Shown in pieces: positions 48,254-58,051 of a stretch of DNA of 64,000 nt (the stretch's first letter is position 1; each line of letters begins with the position of its first letter). Both the position numbers and the translations under genes were made by a program. The stretch lies in contig BTVY01000024.1 of NCBI GenBank assembly GCA_045863335.1, positions 40,034 through 104,033 on the forward strand. The letters run 5' to 3'. The DNA is from Candidatus Hydrogenedentota bacterium (GTDB lineage Bacteria > Hydrogenedentota > Hydrogenedentia > Hydrogenedentales > SLHB01). Under the pieces are notes generated by a model, which was given only the letters and a program-made list of their open reading frames with translations, made no database searches and had not been told where the DNA came from.

Positions 48254-48901
48254 TTGGGCAAGATCATCAAATCCGCCGAAGACAAGGCTACCAACTGCTC
48301 GCCGTTTCAGCGCGACGCCTTGGAGCATTTCACGGCATCGTCGTTCACGGACGACGCGGGGGGATTCGATCCCAGTGCCGTGATTGCCGAGGTTCAGGCC
48401 GAAGCGGAACAGATCCGCCAGGAGGCTCAGGAACAAGGATACGCGGACGGCGTGGAGGCCGGACAGGAAGCCGCGCGACAAGAATTGGCGTCCGCCATTC
48501 AGGGACTCGCGGCCGCGTCTGACGCGATCCGGCAGTCGCACGAGGAGTACGTGGCGAACCTCGAACCGGAGATGCTGCGATTGGTCCGCTACATCACCGA
48601 GCAGGTAATCCGGCGCGAGATCCGGGGCGATTTGGACATCGTTCAGAACACCATACGCGCGGCGTTGAAGAACGTGCTGGATCGGGAACACACGGTTGTC
48701 CACCTGAATCCGGAGGATCTCGACGCGCTTACAGAAGCGGGAATCGATCCCGTTGCGATGTTGAGCAAGTATGAACGGCTGGAACTGGCGCCTGACGAAA
48801 CAGTGACGCGCGGCGGCTGTGTCGTGGAAAGCCGGACCTTGTCGGTCGATGCCCAACTCGACACGCAGTTGCAGCGGATTTTCGAAGCGTTAACGGACTG
48901 A
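48254..48901 (+). CDS. fliH: Flagellar assembly protein FliH
   Basis: GxxxG repeats (GYADGVEAG), HLNPED, GGCVVES; sits between fliG and fliI. Confidence 0.88.
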   Translation: MGKIIKSAEDKATNCSPFQRDALEHFTASSFTDDAGGFDPSAVIAEVQAEAEQIRQEAQEQGYADGVEAGQEAARQELASAIQGLAAASDAIRQSHEEYVANLEPEMLRLVRYITEQVIRREIRGDLDIVQNTIRAALKNVLDREHTVVHLNPEDLDALTEAGIDPVAMLSKYERLELAPDETVTRGGCVVESRTLSVDAQLDTQLQRIFEALTD

Positions 48902-48905
48902 ACCA

Positions 48906-50222
48906 TTGGCACACCTGAACGCAGACGCCTGCATCGAACGCATCCGGGGGACGCGGCCTATCGCGGTCTACGGAAAAGTCGTGGACGTGGTGGGGCTGAC
49001 CATCGAGGCCACAGGGCCGCCCATGCACATTGGCGACTTGTGCTATGTGGAACCGCCCCGCGGCGGCGAAGCCATTCCCGTCGAGGTGGTGGGTTTCCGC
49101 GGCAACCGGATGCTTCTCATGCCGCTGGGCGACATGGCCGGAATCGCGCCCAACAGCGTCGTCCACCCCACGTTCAAACCCCAGATGGTTCGCACGGGCC
49201 TGGACCTCCTGGGCCGCGTCATTGGCAGCATGGGGGCGGCCATCGACGGCAGGCCCGATCCGCTGGGTTCGCACAAGATTCCCCTCATGGCTTCGCCGCC
49301 TGGACCCTTGGTGCGGCAGCGCATCACCGAGCCGCTGGCAACCGGGGTGCGCGCCATCGACGCCTGCATCACCTGCGGCAAGGGCCAACGCATGGGCATC
49401 CTCGCCGGCAGCGGCGTCGGCAAAAGCAAGCTGATCGGCATGGTCGCACGCAACACGAATGCGGACGTAAATGTCATCGCGCTCATTGGCGAACGGGGTC
49501 GCGAAGTTCGCGATTTCGTGGAAGCCGACCTTGGGCCGGAAGGGCTGGCGCGTTCCGTGGTCGTAGTGGCGACCTCCGACGAGCCGGCGCTAATGCGTAT
49601 CAAAGGCGCCTACCTTGCCACCGCCATCGCGGAATGGTTTCGCGACCAGGGGGCGGATGTGCTGCTCATGATGGACTCCATCACGCGGTTCGCGATGGCG
49701 CAGCGCGAAGTCGGGCTGGCGGTCGGAGAGCCCCCTACTACGAAGGGCTATCCACCATCGGTGTACGCCCTCCTCCCCCGCCTGTTGGAACGCGCGGGAC
49801 ACGCAGAATCCGGCAGTATCACCGGCATCTATACCGTGCTCGTCGAAGCGGACGATTTGAACGATCCCATCGGCGACGCTGTGCGCAGTATTCTTGACGG
49901 CCACGTGGCCCTGTCGCGCGACTTGGCCACGCGCAACCATTATCCAGCCATCGACGTGCTGGAAAGCGTCAGTCGTTGCATGATTGACGTCACGTCCGAC
50001 GAACGGCAAAGACTCGCGGGCGAACTTCGACGTGTGCTGGCGACGTTCCGGGACGCCGAGGACTTGGTCAATATCGGCGCATATGTGGATGGAAGCAATC
50101 CGGAAATCGACCGCGCGATACGGCTTCTCCCCTACCTGCGATCATTTCTCCAGCAAGGGCTGGTAGAATCGACTCCGTTCGAGGAGATTGACGGCATGCT
50201 CCAGAAAGCGTTGAAAGGGTAG
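48906..50222 (+). CDS. fliI: Flagellum-specific export ATPase FliI
   Basis: AGSGVGKS, GERGREV, LMMDSITR, GYPPSV, ILDGH. Confidence 0.96.
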   Translation: MAHLNADACIERIRGTRPIAVYGKVVDVVGLTIEATGPPMHIGDLCYVEPPRGGEAIPVEVVGFRGNRMLLMPLGDMAGIAPNSVVHPTFKPQMVRTGLDLLGRVIGSMGAAIDGRPDPLGSHKIPLMASPPGPLVRQRITEPLATGVRAIDACITCGKGQRMGILAGSGVGKSKLIGMVARNTNADVNVIALIGERGREVRDFVEADLGPEGLARSVVVVATSDEPALMRIKGAYLATAIAEWFRDQGADVLLMMDSITRFAMAQREVGLAVGEPPTTKGYPPSVYALLPRLLERAGHAESGSITGIYTVLVEADDLNDPIGDAVRSILDGHVALSRDLATRNHYPAIDVLESVSRCMIDVTSDERQRLAGELRRVLATFRDAEDLVNIGAYVDGSNPEIDRAIRLLPYLRSFLQQGLVESTPFEEIDGMLQKALKG

Positions 50223-50227
50223 CGGCG

Positions 50228-50692
50228 ATGGCTCGGCGGCGGCGAATCAATTTCGACGTGCTCCTGCGGGTCCGGGAGCGGCAGGAGCAATTGCGCGCGC
50301 AAGCCCTTGCCGAAACGCGCCGGGAAATCCGCACGCACGAGCACACGCGGGAATCGTTGCAGCAGGAACAGGCTCGAATGTTTGAGGAGGCGGGCCGCGA
50401 AACTCAGACGTCCATTTCGGCGCGCCGGATACACGGGTATTTCATGTACGAGCGTCATCTGGCCCGCGAGGCGGTCGAGCAGGACGCTGCCATTCGGGAA
50501 CTTCGCGGCGTGGAGTCCGAACGCCGGATGGAATTGGAAGAGGCGATGAAGCGGAAGCGTATCGTGGAACGCCTGCGGGATCGGGACCTGGAGGAGCGGC
50601 TCGACGCGATTCGCTCGCAGGAACAGAAGAACGCCGACGAGATTGCTTCCGGCCGCGCGGCGCTTCGGGGCCGCAGGGAACGTGAACGATGA
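50228..50692 (+). CDS. fliJ: Flagellar export protein FliJ
   Basis: Coiled coil, FDVLLRVR...EQKNADE; follows fliI. Confidence 0.85.
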   Translation: MARRRRINFDVLLRVRERQEQLRAQALAETRREIRTHEHTRESLQQEQARMFEEAGRETQTSISARRIHGYFMYERHLAREAVEQDAAIRELRGVESERRMELEEAMKRKRIVERLRDRDLEERLDAIRSQEQKNADEIASGRAALRGRRERER

Positions 50693-51255
50693 AAGTACTG
50701 TTCTTCCTCATACTCGCGCTGCTATCGTTTGCGCTGACGCTTGTGGGGATGCTCGCGTACACGGGCAACCTGAACAAGGAAGGCTTGGACAAGATACTCG
50801 GCCGCAACCAACCCGAGGGCGTGGTGGAGACCGAACTGGAGCCCGATGAGTTGTCCGAAACCGCGAAGGCCCTGCGCGAGCGCGAGGAAGCGTTGGCGGC
50901 GCGCGAGCGGGATTTGGAGCTGCAGCAACAACGCCTCAACGAAACCCAGGATCAGATGGAAGAGTTGCGAAGCAACCTTCAGGATTTGATCGCGCAGTTG
51001 ACGCAGACGGTCGATACGATGGACGCGACTGAAGCGGCCCAGTTGCAGGAAGTCGCGAATTCCCTGGGTGGGATGAAGGAAGACCAGGCCGCCATGGTTC
51101 TGGAAGAGTGGCCCGCCGAACAAGGCGCGCGATTGCTTCAGCTCATCGAGGATCGGAAGCGCGGGAAGATTCTCGACAAGATGAATGAGCAGAAAGCCTC
51201 CGAATTCCTGCGCGCCATGGCCGAACAACAAGCGACACCCGCTCCCGCGGGGTAA
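50689..51255 (+). CDS. MotE/FlbB-like flagellar protein (TM, coiled coil, MgtE-N-like repeats)
   Basis: MKEDQAAMVLE...RKRGKILDKMNEQKAS; follows fliJ. Confidence 0.75.
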   Translation: MKVLFFLILALLSFALTLVGMLAYTGNLNKEGLDKILGRNQPEGVVETELEPDELSETAKALREREEALAARERDLELQQQRLNETQDQMEELRSNLQDLIAQLTQTVDTMDATEAAQLQEVANSLGGMKEDQAAMVLEEWPAEQGARLLQLIEDRKRGKILDKMNEQKASEFLRAMAEQQATPAPAG

Positions 51256-51283
51256 GGAACGCGGCGTTCGTTCTCCGGTTGAT

Positions 51284-51318
51284 CCGATCCCGATAGCGAT
51301 CCCGATAGCGATCCCGAT
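51284..51318. repeat. Solo hexamer array (CCGATC/GCGATA-type)
   Basis: CCGATCCCGATAGCGATCCCGATAGCGATCCCGAT; same family as 9486-9520. Confidence 0.8.
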
Positions 51319-51502
51319 TTTTGGGGGTTGGGTAATATCGTAGACGTTTCCGATCATCCTTATTGTCCGCTCCTTCGGTAGGGGCTTTCCGCTCAGGCAA
51401 CTACAGAGCGCCCCTCTTCACGTATCAATACCCATCCTGTTCCCTGGTCCACGGGAGAGATGCGTTTTCCGTGGCTTTGGATACGACTTCTATGGAAAGG
51501 AG

Positions 51503-53071
51503 GTGAGTTTATTGCAAATCCCACAAGTTACGGCTCCAGCGAGTGCGCCGGAGCCGGGAACGGTCGAAGGCGATAAGCCTGCGACGAAGAACGGCGAGGG
51601 CGGCGAGAAAGGCGCCTTCGCGATTCTGCTGTCCTTGTTGCAGGGGTCCGCGCCGGCTCAGCCCGGTACGGCTCCGGGCATGACGGAAGGTTCGGGTACT
51701 GGGGAAGCGGCTCCGGCGAACGGCGGCCAAAGCCCCGGTGCTACATCTACGGCCTCGCAAAACGTGTTGCTCGTCGCCGGTAATGGTACTGCGACGAGCG
51801 GCGAAGCGGGACCGGACGCGGCGGCTATAACGCCGGCGCCGGAATCGAAAGGGCAGCCGGTGGACGCCAAGGCGCAGTCGGCCAAGAACGCGTCGACCAA
51901 GTCCAGCGAGACAGCACCCGCCAATCCGCCACCGGACCACGGCAAAGCGGTCACGACGGCGAAACCCGTTATCGTGACACAGGTGGTGACGCCGTCGCCG
52001 CCGGACGGGGCGAAGCAGACCAGTTCGGCGCAGTACGTTGTGCCGGAGCCGAACGCTGCGGCATCGGAGCCTGGCACGCCAACGAATCCCGTGAAGCAGA
52101 CCGCGCCGGCGAATGCGCCGGTTGCGGAAGCGGAGACCGGGATTCCGATTGCCAAGCTGATTGATGCCGAGGACGCAGACGTCACGGTGGAAACGAAGCA
52201 GGCCGCGCCAGCGAAACCGGAAGCGGAGCCAATGGCTCAAGCTACCGGCTCGCGAAGCACGGCTCGTTTCATCGTTGCCAAACCGGACACGGTCGCGGCG
52301 GAAACGCCAAAGGCGAAGGCGGAGGGAACAACGGAGACTCTCTCCCCCACGCCGGCGCCAACGCCGAAACCGGTGTCAGACGGCGATGGCGACGCTGTGG
52401 CGAAGAGCCTCGATAGCGAGGAAGCTGCGATTCAAAAAGACCCTGCAAAGGTTCCCGTACGAACTGCGGCTGTCAGCGTCCAACACGCGGATGGTGCAGG
52501 TCCGGCAAGGGTCGAGTCTCCGCCGAATGCGGTAGTCCAAGTCGAACACGCCGCACCATCGAACGGTTCGGAACGTGTGAAGGCCGACGTGGACCCGGCG
52601 GCGCCGCCGGAGCGGACGACGGTGAAGACGATCGCCATCGACACGGTGAAAGGCGTGCGGTACCTGCTGACCAAGGGCGAACAGACGATGCGCATTCGTC
52701 TGGTACCCGAGTCACTTGGTGAGTTGAAGCTGGTCGTCACGTCGACCAACGACGAGATCACCGTGCGGCTCGCGAGCGCGAATCATAGCGTGCGCGAGTT
52801 GCTGCACACGCAGGTCCACCAGTTGCGCGAGGTACTCGCCCAGGACGGATCGAATGTCGGCAAGATTACGATCACGGCCGACCTGAACGCTGGAGCGGGC
52901 ACCGGGAATCCGCTGTCGGGTTCGCCCGACCGGGCCTGGACGCCTCACGCGCGCGGATGGAACGGCAACACGCCCGGACCGCCCAATCAGAACCCCACAA
53001 ACGGGCAACAGCCTGGCGCTGTGCCTCGAAGAACGGTGTCGCACAGCGGCACCCTCAACCTGTTCGCATGA
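51503..53071 (+). CDS. fliK: Flagellar hook-length control protein FliK
   Basis: Long A/P/T-rich disordered region; C-terminal IRLVPESLGELKL...LREVL T3S4 domain. Confidence 0.88.
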   Translation: MSLLQIPQVTAPASAPEPGTVEGDKPATKNGEGGEKGAFAILLSLLQGSAPAQPGTAPGMTEGSGTGEAAPANGGQSPGATSTASQNVLLVAGNGTATSGEAGPDAAAITPAPESKGQPVDAKAQSAKNASTKSSETAPANPPPDHGKAVTTAKPVIVTQVVTPSPPDGAKQTSSAQYVVPEPNAAASEPGTPTNPVKQTAPANAPVAEAETGIPIAKLIDAEDADVTVETKQAAPAKPEAEPMAQATGSRSTARFIVAKPDTVAAETPKAKAEGTTETLSPTPAPTPKPVSDGDGDAVAKSLDSEEAAIQKDPAKVPVRTAAVSVQHADGAGPARVESPPNAVVQVEHAAPSNGSERVKADVDPAAPPERTTVKTIAIDTVKGVRYLLTKGEQTMRIRLVPESLGELKLVVTSTNDEITVRLASANHSVRELLHTQVHQLREVLAQDGSNVGKITITADLNAGAGTGNPLSGSPDRAWTPHARGWNGNTPGPPNQNPTNGQQPGAVPRRTVSHSGTLNLFA

Positions 53072-53088
53072 ACAAGGAGTGTGAACAC

Positions 53089-53646
53089 ATGAATCCCATC
53101 ACCAAGATCGGCGGCAACTTGGCCGACCTGCTGAGTCCGGTGCTCGGAAAGGCCGGCCGTTCGTCGCCCTCCGCGAGCGTTGCACAATCGGACGACCTGA
53201 AGGCGGCTCTGTTAAAAGCAATTCAGGAAGGCAGTACGACCGCCACCAAGGCGGCGGGGTCGGCATCGGACGCAAGCACCGTGTTCGGGTCCGCGTCGAG
53301 CGAGTTGGGTAAGGACTCCTTTCTCCAACTGCTCGTCCTGCAAATGCAGAACCAGGACCCGCTGGAACCCACCGACAACACGGAGATGATCGCCCAGTTG
53401 GCGCAGTTCTCCGCGCTCGAGCAGATGAACAATCTGAACGACAAGTTCGCGGAGTTCAGCGGCAATCTGGATCAGCTCAACTTCCTGACAGCAAGCGGCA
53501 TGATTGGCCGTGAAGTGAGCGGCATCGACGTGGACGGCGAGTTGCTGCAGGGCACCGTGGACGGCGTGCAACTGATTGGCAGCGTCGTGTACCTGACCGT
53601 TGGCGAACGCCAAATGTCCATGGCGGGCGTCGAGACGATTCGGTGA
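53089..53646 (+). CDS. flgD: Flagellar hook capping protein FlgD
   Basis: LGKDSFLQLLVLQMQNQDPLEP...AQLAQFSALEQM. Confidence 0.95.
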   Translation: MNPITKIGGNLADLLSPVLGKAGRSSPSASVAQSDDLKAALLKAIQEGSTTATKAAGSASDASTVFGSASSELGKDSFLQLLVLQMQNQDPLEPTDNTEMIAQLAQFSALEQMNNLNDKFAEFSGNLDQLNFLTASGMIGREVSGIDVDGELLQGTVDGVQLIGSVVYLTVGERQMSMAGVETIR

Positions 53647-54053
53647 GCGTCATGCTGAATCGAGTCCACCTGCACCGGGACGCCGGGCTTCTGCAAGAGC
53701 CCCGGCCGGTTCCATCGCAGCGAGCGCCAGCGTCGTCCTTCTCCTCGGTTCTGGAGGGCCAACTTCGCAGTGATCGCGAGGTGAAATTCTCGGCCCACGC
53801 CCTGCAACGGCTTCGCGACCGAGGCATTACCTTGACCGCGGCCGAAAAGTCGGGCATCGCACGGGCCCTGGACCAGGCGGAAGCGAAAGGCGCTCGCGAC
53901 ACCTTACTCCTTATGGACGGCAAGGCGCTGATTGCCAGCGTGCCGAACCGGACCATCATCACGGTCGTCCCCCCTCTGGAAGGGGAAGACACCGTATTCA
54001 CGAACATTGACAGTGCGGTGGTCGTCGGCATGAAGCCGGCGGATGCCGCGTAA
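53643..54053 (+). CDS. Flagellar operon protein (TIGR02530-like)
   Basis: KFSAHALQRLRDRGI...KGARDTL...NRTIITV...VFTNIDSAV; between flgD and flgE. Confidence 0.9.
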   Translation: MSVMLNRVHLHRDAGLLQEPRPVPSQRAPASSFSSVLEGQLRSDREVKFSAHALQRLRDRGITLTAAEKSGIARALDQAEAKGARDTLLLMDGKALIASVPNRTIITVVPPLEGEDTVFTNIDSAVVVGMKPADAA

Positions 54054-54064
54054 CAGACAACTTT

Positions 54065-54117
54065 CGGGCCGGACCCTTCGGGGAGGCCCGTACGCCGCCG
54101 ACCGATTGACGCGGCGT
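54065..54117 (+). promoter_or_regulatory. Two-hairpin structured RNA in the flgE leader
   Basis: CGGGCC/GGCCCG stem enclosing CCC-UUCG-GGG; ACGCCGC/GCGGCGT stem with loop CGACCGATTGAC; no U-tract; AAGGAG RBS follows. Confidence 0.6.
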
Positions 54118-54137
54118 TACGGAAAGGAGAGTGTTTT

Positions 54138-55382
54138 ATGGGTTCAGCAATTTTTACGGGCGTCACGGGGCTTCAAGTGCATCAGCGGCGCATCGACGTA
54201 ATCGCGGCGAATATCGCCAACGTGAATACGACGGGCTATCGCGGTTCGCGGGCTCTGTTCCAGGACCTGTTCTCGCAGACCTTGCAGGGGCCGAGCGCGC
54301 CGTTGGGTACCTTCGGCGGCCGGAACGGTTCCCAGGTCGGTCTGGGTGTGCGCCTGGGCGTCATCGACATCGACTTCACGCAGGGGACCTTGCTCAATAC
54401 GGGCGTGGCATCCGATCTCGCCATTCAAGGGAACGGATTCTTCATCCTGAGCGGCGGCGGGGGCAATTTCTACACGCGCGATGGCTCCTTCACCATCAAC
54501 GCGAATGGTGAACTGGTCGACTCCGCGACGGGCTTGTTTGTCCAGGGGTTCCAGGCGGACGCGACAGGGACGATTGATCCCAATGCGCCCCTGACCAACA
54601 TCTCGATTCCCTTGGGCACAACCTCCATCGTGCGGGCGACGACGCTGGTTTCGCTGGTGGGCAACCTGGATTCAACCTCAGCCGCAGGCGACACGGTGGT
54701 CCGCAACGTACAGGTCTTCGATTCGTTGGGGACAGCTCGAGACATTGAGATCACCTTCACGAAGTCCGCGACGACCAACGAGTGGGACTGGACCGCAGCG
54801 AGTTCCGATCCGGACATCGACACGGTGACCGGCGCGGGGACGATTGTGTTCGACACCGACGGCACCGTGCTGTCGGGTGGGTTGGGGAACATCAGCGTCA
54901 CGTTCCTGGGGGGCATTCCTGCGGCGCCCATCGATCCCTTCGTATTCGACCTCGATTTCGGCGACCTGAGCCAACTTGACTCCGAAAGCGACGTCTCCAT
55001 CAGCAACCAGGACGGCTATCCGCGCGGTACGCTGGAAGCTTTCAACATTGGGGCGAACGGCGTGCTGAACGGCGTGTTCTCGAACGGGCTCACCCAGGTG
55101 CTTGGGCAAGTAGCGCTGGCGACCTTCGCCAACAACGGCGGCCTCGTCCGCGACGGCAGCAACCTCTTCCGGGAGAGTCCGGGGTCGGGTATCGCGCAGA
55201 TTGGCACGCCCAGCACGGGCGGACGCGGTCAGGTATCCGGCGGTGTGCTGGAAGGTTCCAATGTGGACCTGGGCACGGAGTTCAGTAACCTGATTGTGAC
55301 GCAACGCGGGTTCCAGGCGAATGCCCGGACCATCACGACCGCAGATACGCTCCTCCAGGAGACAGTGAATCTCGTCCGGTAG
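54138..55382 (+). CDS. flgE: Flagellar hook protein FlgE
   Basis: NIANVNTTGY, DLAIQGNGFF, YTRDGSF, VFDSLG, LEGSNVDL, QRGFQANARTITT. Confidence 0.96.
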   Translation: MGSAIFTGVTGLQVHQRRIDVIAANIANVNTTGYRGSRALFQDLFSQTLQGPSAPLGTFGGRNGSQVGLGVRLGVIDIDFTQGTLLNTGVASDLAIQGNGFFILSGGGGNFYTRDGSFTINANGELVDSATGLFVQGFQADATGTIDPNAPLTNISIPLGTTSIVRATTLVSLVGNLDSTSAAGDTVVRNVQVFDSLGTARDIEITFTKSATTNEWDWTAASSDPDIDTVTGAGTIVFDTDGTVLSGGLGNISVTFLGGIPAAPIDPFVFDLDFGDLSQLDSESDVSISNQDGYPRGTLEAFNIGANGVLNGVFSNGLTQVLGQVALATFANNGGLVRDGSNLFRESPGSGIAQIGTPSTGGRGQVSGGVLEGSNVDLGTEFSNLIVTQRGFQANARTITTADTLLQETVNLVR

Positions 55383-55420
55383 GCGGGCGCGACTGACAGG
55401 AAGCGAATAGCATGAATAGT

Positions 55421-55468
55421 GGGGCTGGGAGATCGCGCAAAACGCTTCTCCCGGCCCCTCTTTTTTTT
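55421..55468 (+). terminator. Rho-independent terminator after flgE
   Basis: GGGGCTGGGAGA / TCTCCCGGCCCC stem followed by T8. Confidence 0.88.
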
Positions 55469-55574
55469 GGCGGACCGCACGGGATGCTGTTGTCGTGAGT
55501 ACACGGGAGTGGTAGAATGTGGCGCGCTTAGCGGGAGGCAGGGTTGAACGGGGAGGCTCGGTAGACGGCAGCCT

Positions 55575-56345
55575 ATGGATATCGCAACAGTTGTAGGACT
55601 TATCGCCGGTATCGGTTTGGTCATTACCGCCATCTTGCTTGGGGGCAGCCCCGACGTATTTGTAAACATCCCTTCGATTCTGATTGTCGGGGGCGGCACG
55701 ATCGCGGCGACATTGATTAACTATCCGCTGAGCGATGTGCTCAGCGTAATGTCCACCCTCCGCAACGCCTTCTTCCACAAGACCGTGACGCCGGATTCAC
55801 TCATCAAGAAATTGGTGGGCTTCGCCACTATTGCCCGGCGGGAAGGAATCCTCGCGTTGGAGAGTCACGCGGGCGATGCGGGTGATGAGTTCCTCCAGAA
55901 GAGCGTGCAGCTCGCCATCGACGGGACGGCCCCGGAACTTATCAAGGATATCCTCACGACGGAACTGGCATTCATGGAGGACCGGCACGCGCTGGGGCAA
56001 TCCGTCTTGACCGCCATGGGCACTTACGCGCCGGCCTTCGGGATGATCGGGACGCTCATCGGGCTGGTGCAGATGCTCACCACGCTGGACGACCCGTCCA
56101 AGATCGGAGGCGGTATGGCCGTGGCACTACTTACGACGTTATATGGCGCATTGCTGGCCAACGTGCTTTTCCTTCCGGCGGCCGGGAAGCTCAAGGTACG
56201 CACCAGCAACGAGTTGCTCACGAAGGAAGTCATCATCGAAGGGATCCTCTCGATTCAGTCAGGGGACAACCCCCGGATCGTGGAACAGAAACTGAAGGCG
56301 TTTATTTCGCCGGCGATGCGCGACCAGGCGTCGGCGAATAAGTAG
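55575..56345 (+). CDS. motA: Flagellar stator A subunit (MotA/PomA type)
   Basis: ARREGILALE, PAFGMIGTLIGL, ALLTTLYG. Confidence 0.95.
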   Translation: MDIATVVGLIAGIGLVITAILLGGSPDVFVNIPSILIVGGGTIAATLINYPLSDVLSVMSTLRNAFFHKTVTPDSLIKKLVGFATIARREGILALESHAGDAGDEFLQKSVQLAIDGTAPELIKDILTTELAFMEDRHALGQSVLTAMGTYAPAFGMIGTLIGLVQMLTTLDDPSKIGGGMAVALLTTLYGALLANVLFLPAAGKLKVRTSNELLTKEVIIEGILSIQSGDNPRIVEQKLKAFISPAMRDQASANK

Positions 56346-56349
56346 AGCG

Positions 56350-57162
56350 ATGGCGCGAGAAAAGAAACAACAAGAGGGCGAACCCGGTGCGCCAGCCTGG
56401 ATGGTTACCTACGGTGACCTCATGGGGCTGTTGCTCACGTTCTTCATTCTGCTGATTTCGTTTTCCACGCTGGATCAGAAGAAGATCACGCAAGCCATCA
56501 TCTCGGTGCAGGGCGCGTTTGGCGTGCTTCCACAAAACATGACCGTGGCCCAAATCCTGAGAAACATGGCGCAAGCGCAGAGCCGCACGCCGCGCAGCAT
56601 CGAGCGGGCCGCCCGGGAGTTTCGAAGCAGGCTGCAACTCCTCGGTCTGGAAGACAACATCGAGATTAAGTACGATGGCGAGGGAGGGTTGGAGATCAAC
56701 CTGCCGAATCGCGTGCTATTTGACCTGGGTAGCGCCGAGCTGAAGCCGGAAGCGTACGAGGTGCTCAACGGGTTGGCGGCGTCACTCGGGGAAATTCCGG
56801 GGAAACGTATCGAAATTCGTGGCCATACGGATAATCTTCCGTTAAGCGACAGCAGCCAGTACGAGGACAACTACGATCTCAGCTATCATCGTGCGAAGAA
56901 CGTGATGGAGCAGATGACCGGGCCGGGCGGCATTCCAACCGCCGAAACGGAAGTTATCGCCTGCGGCCCGTCGCAGCCGGTGGGTGATAATGCGACGGAA
57001 GAAGGACGGCAATTGAATCGTCGCGTGCAGATTCGCGTGCGGGGCGATTTTTCGGATGAAACGCAGGATCAGATTCAGGCGATTGTGGATGGATCGCTTC
57101 CGCCAACGCCGGGTACCGGCGCACCGGAAAACGCTCCCAATCGACTGCCAGGTGGGATCTAA
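56350..57162 (+). CDS. motB: Flagellar stator B subunit (MotB/PomB type)
   Basis: WMVTYGDLMGLLLTFFILL; OmpA-like GHTD...LS..RA...NRRVQI. Confidence 0.95.
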   Translation: MAREKKQQEGEPGAPAWMVTYGDLMGLLLTFFILLISFSTLDQKKITQAIISVQGAFGVLPQNMTVAQILRNMAQAQSRTPRSIERAAREFRSRLQLLGLEDNIEIKYDGEGGLEINLPNRVLFDLGSAELKPEAYEVLNGLAASLGEIPGKRIEIRGHTDNLPLSDSSQYEDNYDLSYHRAKNVMEQMTGPGGIPTAETEVIACGPSQPVGDNATEEGRQLNRRVQIRVRGDFSDETQDQIQAIVDGSLPPTPGTGAPENAPNRLPGGI

Positions 57163-57692
57163 TGGCTGAACCAGAAGAAGGGGCTGCGCCGGAAGAAGGC
57201 GCCAAAGGCAAGCGATCGATTGTACGGGTGCTGGGCGTTGTGATCGGCATCAGTATGACCTTCGCGATCGTGGGATTGCTCGTGTTCCGGTTCGTGGTTC
57301 AACCGCGGCTGAACGCCGATCCCGCGCAGCAAACGGCCACGCAGAGTCTGAATACGATCCCGTTTTCCTTCGAAGAAGCGTATGTGACCGTAATCATGCC
57401 CTCCGAGAATATGCTCGCCTCGACGCTGCTGTACAAGGTCACGTTTGAGTGTTCCGATCAAGAGACGGCCAATCTCGTCATCAAGTACCAGCCGCGCTTT
57501 GTGGCCATGTTGCGAAAGCTCCACAGCTACAAGACACGAAGCGAACTGGACGACCCCCTCGTCGAAGAGAGCATTCGCAAACAGATTCTCCAGGAAGCGA
57601 ATTCGTTGATCACTGAGTTAACTGGCGCCGAGGATTCCGGAAAGCGCATTGTCGCGGTGTATCACGAGAAGTTCTACATTCAGGACGCGTAA
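57162..57692 (+). CDS. fliL: Flagellar basal-body protein FliL
   Basis: Single TM near the N-terminus, FliL-like C-terminal domain; follows motB. Confidence 0.75.
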   Translation: MAEPEEGAAPEEGAKGKRSIVRVLGVVIGISMTFAIVGLLVFRFVVQPRLNADPAQQTATQSLNTIPFSFEEAYVTVIMPSENMLASTLLYKVTFECSDQETANLVIKYQPRFVAMLRKLHSYKTRSELDDPLVEESIRKQILQEANSLITELTGAEDSGKRIVAVYHEKFYIQDA

Positions 57693-58051
57693 TGGACAAG
57701 CCGCAGCCCAGACAAGCGACCGATCATACGTTTGAAGAGATTGTTCCCGCGCAGGACGCGCCACATGACCATCTCGCCATCGAAGATCTCAACAACGTGA
57801 AGCTCACCATCACGGCGGACCTTGGCACGAGCGCCATGCTGGTGCGCGACGTGCTCGAACTGAAGCGGGGTTCGGTGATCCAACTCAGCAAGCTGGCCGG
57901 GGAAATGACGGATATCTTCGTCAACGGCCTCCCGCTGGCGCGCGGCGAAGTTGTCGTGATAGGTGACACCTTGCACGTTCGAATCGGCGAGATTGTGGGT
58001 CAGGAACAAGTCGATGAGTTCGCTCATGACGCGGAAGACGAGGATGCGTAG
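57692..58051 (+). CDS. fliN: Flagellar motor switch protein FliN
   Basis: SpoA domain: LELKRGSVIQLSKLAGE...VNG..ARGEVVVI. Confidence 0.9.
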   Translation: MDKPQPRQATDHTFEEIVPAQDAPHDHLAIEDLNNVKLTITADLGTSAMLVRDVLELKRGSVIQLSKLAGEMTDIFVNGLPLARGEVVVIGDTLHVRIGEIVGQEQVDEFAHDAEDEDA

